32,000 nt of DNA. Source: Zymomonas mobilis subsp. mobilis ATCC 10988. Lineage in GTDB: Bacteria; Pseudomonadota; Alphaproteobacteria; Sphingomonadales; Sphingomonadaceae. The stretch is from positions 840,001 to 872,000 of the forward strand of contig NC_017262.1 of NCBI RefSeq assembly GCF_000175255.2, read 5' to 3'. The position numbers and the translations under genes were made by a program. Shown here in pieces: positions 1 to 8,967 of the stretch; position 1 is the stretch's first letter; every line of letters begins with the position of its first letter. Below the pieces are notes generated by a model. That model did not search any database, had not been told where the DNA came from, and saw only the letters and a program-made list of their open reading frames with translations.

Positions 1-506
1 TGAAACTGGATACCATAGGTAGGATGACTTTTATGCGATAAAGCCATGATCTCGCCTTCCGGTGACAGCGCATCAACCGTCAAATGCTGTTCCATCTCTT
101 CGGTTTTCTGGATAATCAGCGAATTATAGCGTGCCGCCTTAAAAGGATTAGGAATATCTTTAAATAGTCTTTTCCCGACATGGCTGATTTCCACGGCACG
201 CCCATGAAGCGGATAGCTGGCACGAGCAATAACACCACCAAAAGCAACACCAATGGCTTGATGTCCAAGGCAGACCCCTAAAATAGGTATCTTGCCAGAA
301 AATTGCCGTAAAACATCCAAAGAGATACCGGCTTCTTCCGGTGAGCAAGGCCCCGGAGAAAGGATAATCGCTTTGGGCGACATCACCTCGATCTCTTCAA
401 GGGTGATTTTATCATGGCGAAACAAGCTGACTTTACGGCCAAGCCTTTCGCAATAGCGCGCCAGATTAACGACAAAAGAGTCGTAATTATCAATCATCAA
501 AAGCAT
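1..506 (-). CDS. pabA: Class-I glutamine amidotransferase subunit (PabA/TrpG type) of aminodeoxychorismate/anthranilate synthase. The 3' end runs off the window.
   Basis: Not in the ORF track because it is truncated by the window edge. My translation of the minus strand from the ATG at 506-504 gives MLLMIDNYDSFVVNLARYCERLGRKV...ILSPGPCSPEEAG...ILGVCLGHQAIG...HGRAVEISH. The GVCLGHQ nucleophile-Cys motif is present. A GGTGAGGA RBS lies about 7 nt upstream. The start is 17 nt downstream of the pabB stop. Confidence 0.85.
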   Translation of the reverse strand, partial: MLLMIDNYDSFVVNLARYCERLGRKVSLFRHDKITLEEIEVMSPKAIILSPGPCSPEEAGISLDVLRQFSGKIPILGVCLGHQAIGVAFGGVIARASYPLHGRAVEISHVGKRLFKDIPNPFKAARYNSLIIQKTEEMEQHLTVDALSPEGEIMALSHKSHPTYGIQF

Positions 507-522
507 CAGACATTCCTCACCA

Positions 523-1986
523 TCAAGCCATTTCAGAAACCGATGTGCCAAAACTTTCAAAGATTTTTGCTGCCTTGGTCAGGGTCTCGACATATTCCGC
601 TTCGGGATCGGAAAGCAGGGTAATCCCGCCGCCGACCTGAAAAACCGCTTTGTTTTCACTCAGGGTGACGGTTCTAATCGCAATGTTGAAATCGAGATTA
701 CCGCCAAAATCAATATACCCAATCGACCCGCAATAAACGCCGCGTGCCAATTGTTCGATTTCTGCAATAATTTCCATCGCCCGAATTTTGGGCGCACCTG
801 TAATCGACCCACCGGGGAAGCAGGCTTTCAAAAGATCAACGGAAGAATTTTCAGGCCGTAATTTTCCGGTAACCACGGACACCAAATGATGCACACCAGC
901 ATAGCTTTCTAGGCGGCATAAATCGGTTACTTCGACAGAATCCGCTGTTGACACATGTGACAAATCATTCCGCAACAGATCGACAATCATGATATTTTCA
1001 GCGCGGTCTTTTTCGGAATGAAGCAATTCTTCAGCGGCGGCTCTATCTTTCTCAAGATCCGGTGACCGGCGGGCAGTCCCCTTAATCGGACGCGTCTCAA
1101 TCTGATTATCCTGCAACAGAACAAAACGTTCCGGCGAAGCCGATGCAATAACCTGATCGCCAAAAGCAAGATACGCCCCAAAGGTTGCAGGATTGATGCG
1201 ACGTAACTGGCGATAAAAAGGCCAAGGCTGAAAATCATCCGGCAATTCAGCTGAAAAACTCTGGGCGATATTCGCCTGATAAATATCGCCTTTTCGAATA
1301 TATTCCCGAACTGTTTCGATCGCCTGACAATAATGTTCTTTCGTAAAATTCGATTGCCAATTTAATGAAAGCCTGTTGGGCTTTTCATCCAAAGATGCCT
1401 GTTTAGAAGGCATCGAAAGCCAGTCAGAAAATTGTGCCAAACGGGCTTTTGCTCGGCTTTCTTTTTTGTCAGGTTGGGTTTCAGGATAACCGGAAGAGCA
1501 AAGGTAACTTTCCCCCGTCATATGGTCAAAAGCCAGAACCACATCGTAAAAACAAAAATTGATATCGGCGGCTTTGTCTTCTGTTTCAGGATAGCCATTG
1601 ATGACTTCAAGGCAGCGGCCATAATCATAACCGACATAACCAATACATCCGCCTTGAAAAGGAAAGCGCCGTTCAATTTTTTCATCAAAAGCGAATTGCG
1701 CCAAATGCCGTTGCAAAATTTCTAAAGGATCACCTTTTTCGGGAACTGAATTCCAATAGGCTTGGTCACCACAAACCGTCAGTCTCGCAAAAGGATCAAC
1801 TGCGATATAAGAATATCGCCCCAATTTATCCTGATGCATCGCACTATCAAGAAAAGCAAAATACGGTCGGGAAGAAAGGATATTCGCGGCGACCAACGGG
1901 TCTTTAAGATCAATTTTTTGTAGCCACATTGCTTTACCGATCTGAAATTTATCAGGATTGCTGATAGTCGGGCGGAAGACTTCCAT
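523..1986 (-). CDS. pabB: Aminodeoxychorismate synthase component I (chorismate-binding enzyme, PabB-like)
   Basis: 487-aa ORF with chorismate-utilising enzyme motifs SPERF, PIKGTARR, PGGSITGAPK, RGVYCGSIGY and PEAEYVET. YCGSIGY and EAEYxET resemble PabB rather than TrpE. It is followed directly by the GATase subunit gene. The true start could be the internal Met (MWLQKIDL). Confidence 0.8.
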   Translation of the reverse strand: MEVFRPTISNPDKFQIGKAMWLQKIDLKDPLVAANILSSRPYFAFLDSAMHQDKLGRYSYIAVDPFARLTVCGDQAYWNSVPEKGDPLEILQRHLAQFAFDEKIERRFPFQGGCIGYVGYDYGRCLEVINGYPETEDKAADINFCFYDVVLAFDHMTGESYLCSSGYPETQPDKKESRAKARLAQFSDWLSMPSKQASLDEKPNRLSLNWQSNFTKEHYCQAIETVREYIRKGDIYQANIAQSFSAELPDDFQPWPFYRQLRRINPATFGAYLAFGDQVIASASPERFVLLQDNQIETRPIKGTARRSPDLEKDRAAAEELLHSEKDRAENIMIVDLLRNDLSHVSTADSVEVTDLCRLESYAGVHHLVSVVTGKLRPENSSVDLLKACFPGGSITGAPKIRAMEIIAEIEQLARGVYCGSIGYIDFGGNLDFNIAIRTVTLSENKAVFQVGGGITLLSDPEAEYVETLTKAAKIFESFGTSVSEMA

Positions 1987-2632
1987 CCGGCAACGAAGAA
2001 TAGCCTGATTATATTATCCCTTATGCGGCAATACGCTACCTAAAATCCTGACAAGAATGAAGAAAAGAAGCGGCTTTGGATATAATTTCCGATAATCAGA
2101 ACAAAGACTTAAATTTGAAAACAATAATATCAAAAAAGAGATAGTAACAATATTTCAAAATGAGGTAAATTGACCATCAAACACAGGCGATCGCTTGCCA
2201 GAATACTCTTGTCGCAGAATATCAGGCAGTATTTTCAAAGAAAGTTTTCTTGTCGCTATTCATCTCACAAAAAAACGACCCTGCGCATGATCAGGTTAAA
2301 GATTATAAAGAAAAGCAATATCTTTTGGAAATCATAGTAAAAACACAAATATGAAACGAAGATAGTCTATAAAAATAAAAATCTATTCAAAAAGTAACAT
2401 TTTTGCCTTGGAAACAAATATTGTATTATAAATAATGTCATTAACAACTCATAAATTTTAATAAAAACGTATATTTGCTACAATAAAATAGAAAAATAAA
2501 ATAAATAAAAATTTAACAACAAAATAATAATAAAAAAATAAACATAAATTACAAAACATAACATTAAAAATATTTAATGTAATACTCCAATAAAAAACGT
2601 TATATTATTCATCAATAAAGAGGCGTTTGGAA

Positions 2633-2908
2633 ATGTTAACTATAAAAAACATACCTATCACCAAAATAATCCCTATTTTGGTAGCGCTCGTTCCTTTGAT
2701 TATAAAATCATCACCGACTTTCTGGTCAGCTCAATTTCTAATACAAATCGCTCTTATTTGGCTACAACTCGGCATTATACTTAACTTCAATCCGCGCATG
2801 AAAGACTCCCTTTTCAGAAATCGCCCTTTGTTGAGCTTCTTTGTCAGCGCCACCGTCATAACTACCTTCATGCAGTCACTTAGGTATATGATATTGAAAT
2901 TCCTCTAA
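2633..2908 (+). CDS. Small hypothetical membrane protein (about 91 aa, 2-3 predicted TM segments)
   Basis: This is the only ORF in a roughly 1.3 kb AT-rich tract. An AAGAGG RBS lies about 9 nt upstream of the ATG at 2633 (the ORF track starts at the TTG at 2627). Hydrophobic stretches include IIPILVALVPLII, FLIQIALIWLQLGIILNF and LLSFFVSATVITTF. No recognisable family. Confidence 0.4.
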   Translation: MLTIKNIPITKIIPILVALVPLIIKSSPTFWSAQFLIQIALIWLQLGIILNFNPRMKDSLFRNRPLLSFFVSATVITTFMQSLRYMILKFL

Positions 2909-3331
2909 TATAAGAGTAATAATCCATAATTCCTAATATATTTAGATCTAAAAAATAGAAATAAATTATTATAGAAACGAATAATTATAAAAATAATTGT
3001 ACCGAATATGCCATCTGTAATAATTTTTGTTTATACGATGAATGCTATTTTCATATTTTATAAATAAATTTCTTATTATAAATTTTTTCCAGCTACCATT
3101 ACTATATTTTCTATATTATTCGTCTTGAGGCCTAGACTAAATTTCAAACATCCAGTCTTAGATTTTACGATAGCTTTTCCGTCCTGATGAGGATCACCGC
3201 TCTAGGACGCTTTATCGGCCAGTAACAGGCAAGGCCTTGTCCTTCTCTCTATTAAGCGAAAAGGTGGTGTCAGACTCTAAAAATTTTTAAAATGCGCAGA
3301 CCCAGCACAGAAAGCGGGTCAGGGTAAAACG

Positions 3332-3691
3332 TTATTTTCTGGGATCGCCCATATAAGGTTGATCACTTTCATCGCCATTATCGGAATCGGTGCGACTCAA
3401 AACTTCACCACTCTGACCATCAACATCGACCCAAATAACCGTATTATTGCGGATAAATTTCAGACGATAAATGGTATTATCATGCAATTCGGGGCCCAGA
3501 TAGCGGCACCCACCCATACGAGGCAGGATCTTCTCTTCAATTTGATGCAAAGACAATATCTGGCCGTTACGGATAGCTGCCAGTGCGACATCCCGATCTC
3601 TTCTTTGCTGCGCTGTAGCCGGAGATAAAATCACACCACCGGAAAGAACAGCCCACAGGCAAAAAACTGCGGCAGATTTCATTTTAAGCAT
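3332..3691 (-). CDS. Secreted PepSY domain-containing protein
   Basis: 119 aa with an N-terminal signal peptide (MKSAAVFCLWAVLSGGVILSPATAQ). A PepSY-like core follows (ALAAIRNGQILSLHQIE...YRLKFIRNNTVIWVDVDGQSGEVL). Confidence 0.7.
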   Translation of the reverse strand: MLKMKSAAVFCLWAVLSGGVILSPATAQQRRDRDVALAAIRNGQILSLHQIEEKILPRMGGCRYLGPELHDNTIYRLKFIRNNTVIWVDVDGQSGEVLSRTDSDNGDESDQPYMGDPRK

Positions 3692-3877
3692 TCTTCTTCA
3701 ATAAAGGAGCGGTTTTGAATAAGGAATGAATAATTGCCCGATCAATTCCCCCTATCGAATAGCGGTAAATGTTTAACACTTTCTATCTATCTTTAAATAA
3801 GACAAAGAAAATATCCGTTAAAACAAGCCTTCATCAAAGGATGACGGCAAGCTTTTTTCCCTTTATAGAAACAGGCT

Positions 3878-5674
3878 ATGGCTCCACCTTTACTCTCTTT
3901 TGAAAATCTCGGTGTTAATCAAGGCACCGGATATCTTTTCCGTCATCTTGATATCAATATCCAGCCCCGCGACCGTCTGGCACTGATCGGTCGGAACGGA
4001 GCCGGTAAATCAACCCTGTTGAGATTACTCGCAGGGACAATCGAACCGGATGAAGGGCGACGCAGCATCCAGCCAGGACTGAAACTAGTCTTACTGGAAC
4101 AGGCACCTTCTTTTGAAGGTTTCGAGACTTTGGCCGACTATGCTCTATCAGGCGATAACGCCCCTCCCCGCTATCAGGTTGAAGCTATCGCCGATCAATT
4201 AGGCGTTGATCTTTCTCGCAATGCCCAATCTGCCTCCGGCGGGGAACAAAGACGGGCAGCTATTGCTCGCGCATTGGCAATGGAACCCGATCTTTTGTTA
4301 ATGGATGAACCGACCAACCATCTGGATTTGGCCGCAATCGAATTTTTGGAAGGCTGGCTCAACCGTTTCAAAGGTGCCTTTGTCGTTATCAGCCATGACC
4401 GAGCCTTTTTAACCCGCCTTACCCGCCAATGTCTCTGGCTTGATCGCGGCGATATCCGGCGGGCAGAAATCGGCTTCGGCGGTTTTGACGCATGGATGGA
4501 AAAAATTCAGGCCGAAGAATTGCGTGCCGCTGAAAAGCTGGATGCCAAACTCAAGATAGAAGAACATTGGCTCTTACGCGGTGTCACGGCACGGCGCAAA
4601 CGCAACCAAGGACGATTGACCAAGCTCTTTGAAATGCGGGCAGAGCGCAAAAATATGACCGGCATGGAAGGCACGGCCAAATTAGCGCTCGATACTAATG
4701 ATGTCCGAACGAAGGTTGTCATTGATGCCAAAAATATCAGCAAGCGCTTCGGTGATCGTGAAGTCATCAAAGATTTCTCGCTGCGAATCCGTCGCGGCGA
4801 CCGTATCGGCATTGTCGGTGCCAACGGAGCAGGCAAAACAACACTGTTAAAAATCCTGATGGGTGACCTCGACCCCGATCAAGGTATCGTCAAACGTGCT
4901 GATACATTAGAAGCCGTTGTTATCGACCAGCAACGAGCGTCTATCTCTCCCGAAAAAACATTGCGAGATGTTATCGCGCATGGCGGAGAATGGATCGAAA
5001 TAGGCGATCAAAAAAAACATGTCGTCGGTTATCTGAAAGATTTTCTTTTTGATCCATCTATCTTGGATGCCAAGGTATCTACCCTTTCCGGTGGTGAGAA
5101 ATCACGCCTGTTGATGGCACGTGAATTTGCACGACGCTCCAACTTGCTTATTCTCGATGAACCGACCAACGATCTCGATCTTGAAACGATTGACTTACTG
5201 CAAGAAGTCATCAGCAATTACAGCGGCACCGTGCTTCTGGTCAGCCATGATCGTGACTTTCTCGATAATGTCGCCACGATGACTCTCGGGATGGACGGCT
5301 CTGGGGTAATTGATATCGTTGCCGGTGGTTATAGCGACTGGCAAAAGCAACGCGCCGAACGGCTTGCCGCAACCAGAAAACCGGCGAACACAGCTGAGGA
5401 AAAAACAGCCTCCAGCAAAACGATACCGCAACCCAAATCTGGCAAGGTCAAATTAAGCTATAAAGACCAGAGAGCCTATGACCTGCTTCCCCAAGAAATC
5501 GAAAAAATGGAAGCGACCATCCAAAAGCATGAAAGCGATCTAGCTGATCCGACTTTATACAGCCGCGATCCGGCTAAATTTTCGGAATTAAGCGACAAAA
5601 TCGCCGCTTTAAAAGCTGAAAAAGAAGAAGCCGAGATGCACTGGCTCGAGTTAGCCGAACAACTGGAAGGCTAA
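3878..5674 (+). CDS. ABC-F family ATPase (Uup-like; two ABC cassettes, no TM domain)
   Basis: Walker A motifs GRNGAGKST and GANGAGKTT. ABC signatures SGGEQRR and SGGEKSR. Walker B motifs LLLMDEPTNHLD and LLILDEPTNDLD. An inter-domain linker and a K/E-rich C-terminal coiled coil are present. Confidence 0.9.
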   Translation: MAPPLLSFENLGVNQGTGYLFRHLDINIQPRDRLALIGRNGAGKSTLLRLLAGTIEPDEGRRSIQPGLKLVLLEQAPSFEGFETLADYALSGDNAPPRYQVEAIADQLGVDLSRNAQSASGGEQRRAAIARALAMEPDLLLMDEPTNHLDLAAIEFLEGWLNRFKGAFVVISHDRAFLTRLTRQCLWLDRGDIRRAEIGFGGFDAWMEKIQAEELRAAEKLDAKLKIEEHWLLRGVTARRKRNQGRLTKLFEMRAERKNMTGMEGTAKLALDTNDVRTKVVIDAKNISKRFGDREVIKDFSLRIRRGDRIGIVGANGAGKTTLLKILMGDLDPDQGIVKRADTLEAVVIDQQRASISPEKTLRDVIAHGGEWIEIGDQKKHVVGYLKDFLFDPSILDAKVSTLSGGEKSRLLMAREFARRSNLLILDEPTNDLDLETIDLLQEVISNYSGTVLLVSHDRDFLDNVATMTLGMDGSGVIDIVAGGYSDWQKQRAERLAATRKPANTAEEKTASSKTIPQPKSGKVKLSYKDQRAYDLLPQEIEKMEATIQKHESDLADPTLYSRDPAKFSELSDKIAALKAEKEEAEMHWLELAEQLEG

Positions 5675-5820
5675 TATCTCAATTGCTATCGGGATGACTC
5701 CACCCCTAATATTTAGATATTATTGGATAGGTCAGCCCGATAGATAATCCATTTCAATATTTCTGACTTTAAAACTTAATTTAAATAATCAATGATCTCT
5801 TTTTTATCTACAATGAATAT

Positions 5821-6810
5821 TTAACGATCATTCATTTTTCTTATAGATGGATAAGCAAGATAATTTAACCTTCGAGTTTCAAATCTCGCTACGGCAATAT
5901 TATCTATAATCTGGCCACAACAAAATGATAAAGCTGCCAGCGTTATAAAGCCGGTCGCCAGTACAGCCGTAGGCAGACGTAAGACACAGCCTGTTCTCAA
6001 GAATTCCATAATAACAGGGATCCCAAGAAAAATTCCTGAAAGACAAAAAAAAGTTCCGAGAATACCGAAAAAAAACAAAGGCCTTTCTTTGCGTAGAAGT
6101 GTAAAAATAACATTAAGTATCCGTAATCCATCTCGGTATGTATTAAGTTTTGATAATGACCCTTCTGGTCTCTCAACATACGCAGTTTCTATATCACCTA
6201 TAGGCATTAAAAGCGTTAGGGCATGAACTGTAAACTCGGTTTCAATTTCAAAACCTGATGATAAGGCTGGAAAAGATTTCACAAATCTTCTAGAAAATAC
6301 ACGATATCCAGAAAATATATCTTTAGACCCTCGTCCAAACATATAGCGGACAAGGGACGTGAATATCTTGTTTCCTAAGACATGGCCGCTCCGGTAGGCG
6401 TCCTGCCTGTCAGTCACTCGCAGCCCAGTCACCATATCGAGATTTTGTTCTATAGCTATATTCAACATCTGAGGAGAGGCAGATGCATCGTAAGTTGCAT
6501 CTCCATCTACAAGTACATAAAGATCTGCCTCAATATCCGCAAACATGCGACGGATAACACATCCTTTTCCTTGACTCGATTCATTATAGACCTCAGCTCC
6601 AGCCTCATATGCCAATTCTGCAGTTCTGTCGGTTGAATTATTGTCATAAACATAGATAGTCGCTTCAGGCAGATGATCGAGAAAGTCACAAATCACCTTT
6701 TTAATCGTGACTTCCTCATTGTAGCAGGGAATCAACACAGCTACGCGTAAGCCATAGAATGCTCGAGGTATGCAAAACGACATATCATTTTTACTAAGTA
6801 TCTCGTTCAT
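5821..6810 (-). CDS. Family-2 glycosyltransferase with C-terminal TM helices (GtrB/ArnC/DPM1-like polyprenyl-phosphate sugar synthase type)
   Basis: 329 aa. GT-A N-terminus VAVLIPCYNEE, YVYDNNSTDRT, and DxD-type motif LVDGDATY. Two hydrophobic C-terminal helices (LFFFGILGTFFCLSGIFLGIPVI; LPTAVLATGFITLAALSFCCG). Its start overlaps the stop of the upstream gene by 4 nt (ATGA). Confidence 0.85.
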   Translation of the reverse strand: MNEILSKNDMSFCIPRAFYGLRVAVLIPCYNEEVTIKKVICDFLDHLPEATIYVYDNNSTDRTAELAYEAGAEVYNESSQGKGCVIRRMFADIEADLYVLVDGDATYDASASPQMLNIAIEQNLDMVTGLRVTDRQDAYRSGHVLGNKIFTSLVRYMFGRGSKDIFSGYRVFSRRFVKSFPALSSGFEIETEFTVHALTLLMPIGDIETAYVERPEGSLSKLNTYRDGLRILNVIFTLLRKERPLFFFGILGTFFCLSGIFLGIPVIMEFLRTGCVLRLPTAVLATGFITLAALSFCCGQIIDNIAVARFETRRLNYLAYPSIRKMNDR

Positions 6811-8246
6811 ATAATGTGCCGAAACCTTGATAAGTAATAATTAGGGATTCCATCTGTTATTAACTCTAAGGCAGGCCCATGCTGACTAAGATTGTAGATG
6901 ATAAGAATAGCATTCGAAAAAATGATACCGATAACAACAAGTGTTATGCATAGTGTTTTAAGCCACTTTTTATTAAACTCACCTACAGACACACAGGAGA
7001 TGCCCATAAATCCTAGGAACATAATGAGAGGATAAAATTCTGCCCGATATCGATAATTCATACTAATAGCCATCAACATAAGAACTGCAGGAACAGCCAG
7101 CCCTAAGATAATCGAGCAAGAAAATATTCTTATATCCGTAGATCGACATTTGGCAGAACGATTTAATAAAGAATAAATAAAAATAGCCCCAAAGAGAAGA
7201 AATACACCATCTGTAAGAAAAAAACTACTTGGAGGTAATTCAACTGCATCAAGAAGATGTGTAAATAGATTTTGAAAAATCAAGTGATTTCCGTTGCGCA
7301 CTGCCCATAATGGAAAAAAGAAATAGATCAGGCCGAAAGGGATTCGCTGGATATTAAATAGCCCATAACGCGCAGTTCTTGCTATTCGATCGGGATACTC
7401 TGCATTATATAAATAAAGGTTATAATTAGCGAAAGTAAAAGGATTACCCCATCTTTCAAAATTAATACCAGCCGTAAGCAAAATTCCAACAATTAGAATA
7501 GCAGCTGCGATAACATACTGGTATTTTTGCTGGTGGACTGTCTCTTTAGAAGATTTTGAAATATTATTAAGATGGCGCCAAAGAACAACAATTCCTAAGA
7601 GGCACTCAGCTCCATAGGTTCCAATTCCCATAGACACACGTGTCAAAAGGGCTCCTACAGATGCTACTGACATCCAAATAAGAGCCTTCGGAATCTGTTT
7701 TGCATCCAAACATGCACGTAGTGACCAATGCACAAACATCATACCAAAGACCAATGCCCATAAACATACTTCTTGATAAAGAGAAGGACGAAGAAAGCAT
7801 ATCTGAACGCCGCTAAACGCTATTGCAAACAACAGACTTTTTCTTACCCATGAAGAAGCTGGGGTGGTATTGGCTGTAACATATTTAAGGCTTTTCAAAT
7901 TTATTAAAAACATAAATATAGCCGCAATGACACAGGAAAGACGCGTCACATCGATATGCAAACCATTCGGTAGAAAAATTACTGGAAGACGCAAAAGCGC
8001 AGGAAATATCCCCCAATACGCATAAACATGCCCATCCCGAAGAAAACCTTCCTTCCCAACGATGTCGGGATCGACATCGAATTTACCGTGAAGAAGGTGA
8101 TCAATCATACTATTGAATGTAAGCGTTAATCCACTGTCTTTTATTCGTATGGGAAGATGGCACCAAAAAAGCACATCTCCTGCATATATTAATATACAAC
8201 ATACAATGAATATAAAACTTATTTTATATAATCTTTTGTTTTCCAT
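6807..8246 (-). CDS. Multi-pass integral membrane protein, putative GT-C-fold glycosyltransferase (ArnT/GtrII/YfhO-like role)
   Basis: 479 aa and hydrophobic throughout (about 12 predicted TM segments). The loop after TM1 carries an acidic FDVDPD motif, as in the GT-C first periplasmic loop. It is translationally coupled to the GT2 gene. Low GC. The family assignment is inference. Confidence 0.55.
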   Translation of the reverse strand: MENKRLYKISFIFIVCCILIYAGDVLFWCHLPIRIKDSGLTLTFNSMIDHLLHGKFDVDPDIVGKEGFLRDGHVYAYWGIFPALLRLPVIFLPNGLHIDVTRLSCVIAAIFMFLINLKSLKYVTANTTPASSWVRKSLLFAIAFSGVQICFLRPSLYQEVCLWALVFGMMFVHWSLRACLDAKQIPKALIWMSVASVGALLTRVSMGIGTYGAECLLGIVVLWRHLNNISKSSKETVHQQKYQYVIAAAILIVGILLTAGINFERWGNPFTFANYNLYLYNAEYPDRIARTARYGLFNIQRIPFGLIYFFFPLWAVRNGNHLIFQNLFTHLLDAVELPPSSFFLTDGVFLLFGAIFIYSLLNRSAKCRSTDIRIFSCSIILGLAVPAVLMLMAISMNYRYRAEFYPLIMFLGFMGISCVSVGEFNKKWLKTLCITLVVIGIIFSNAILIIYNLSQHGPALELITDGIPNYYLSRFRHII

Positions 8247-8583
8247 AGATACCCCACTGTTAATGAGCGGGATCTACAACATCACCTTATATTCAGACAA
8301 GCATACCATTACATATTTTATTTATATAATTTAATAAATTCATCTATATAAAATATAATACTTAAGAGTATTAAAAAATATTATAATTAAATGGCTTTTT
8401 TGCATTATTCAAAGTATATTTTCCAAATATATAATCGTGAGTATTCTTCCGCTGGCAGGACCTCTGCTATTAACTTTTCCAGTTATTATACCGATTAAAG
8501 AGTTACTGTTTTTCTTCAAAAATTAGCTTACGCCATCATCATTTCCCGCTATTCTTCCTTCCCCATATTTTCAGGAGATTATC

Positions 8584-8910
8584 ATGTTTACCGGCTGGAC
8601 AGGTCTAGCTATCGCGGTCTTTTTCGAAGTAGCCGCTACCACCGCCTTGCGACTGGCAAACGGCATCGATAAACCGCTATGGCTGATTACCGCCTGCATC
8701 GGCTATTTTATCTGTTTTACGATTATATCCTTCGTATTCAAAACGCTCCCCCTAGGTATCGTCTATGCCGTATGGGCGGGTGGCGGCTTGGCGATCATGA
8801 CTATCGTCAGCCAATGGATTTTCAACGAAACGCTTGATCTTCGACAGATAGGCTGTATCGCCTTGATTTTGATCGGTGTTATCGGCCTTAATCTGATTTC
8901 ACCTGCCTAG
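8584..8910 (+). CDS. Small multidrug resistance (SMR) family 4-TM transporter
   Basis: 108 aa with four hydrophobic helices. A membrane-embedded Glu sits in TM1 (AVFFEVAATTALR) and the SMR-like motif VYAVWAGGGLA is present. A CAGGAG RBS lies before the ATG. Confidence 0.85.
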   Translation: MFTGWTGLAIAVFFEVAATTALRLANGIDKPLWLITACIGYFICFTIISFVFKTLPLGIVYAVWAGGGLAIMTIVSQWIFNETLDLRQIGCIALILIGVIGLNLISPA

Positions 8911-8967
8911 CGGGATCATGTGCCAAGCCGCAATTTATGCTTTCTTGGCGGATAGCGGGAAAAAAAT

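Noticed and set aside
2340-2620. Apparent repeats (ATAAA/AAATAA units) that might suggest a tandem repeat or degenerate CRISPR-like array.
   Set aside because: This is low-complexity A/T sequence without a defined repeat unit, spacer structure or palindromic repeats.
5675-5820. A long-range inverted repeat GCTATCGGG…CCCGATAG(A) between the convergent ABC-F and GT2 genes, as a possible terminator or island boundary.
   Set aside because: The loop is about 45 nt and there is no adjacent U-tract. No matching direct repeat at the other side of the low-GC island (8250-8580) would define integration ends.
8461-8583. A guanidine riboswitch (ykkC, mini-ykkC or ykkC-III) upstream of the SMR gene, as is often found with SugE/Gdx-type SMRs.
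   Set aside because: No GC-stem hairpins with ACGR loops and no other conserved riboswitch elements are visible in the leader.
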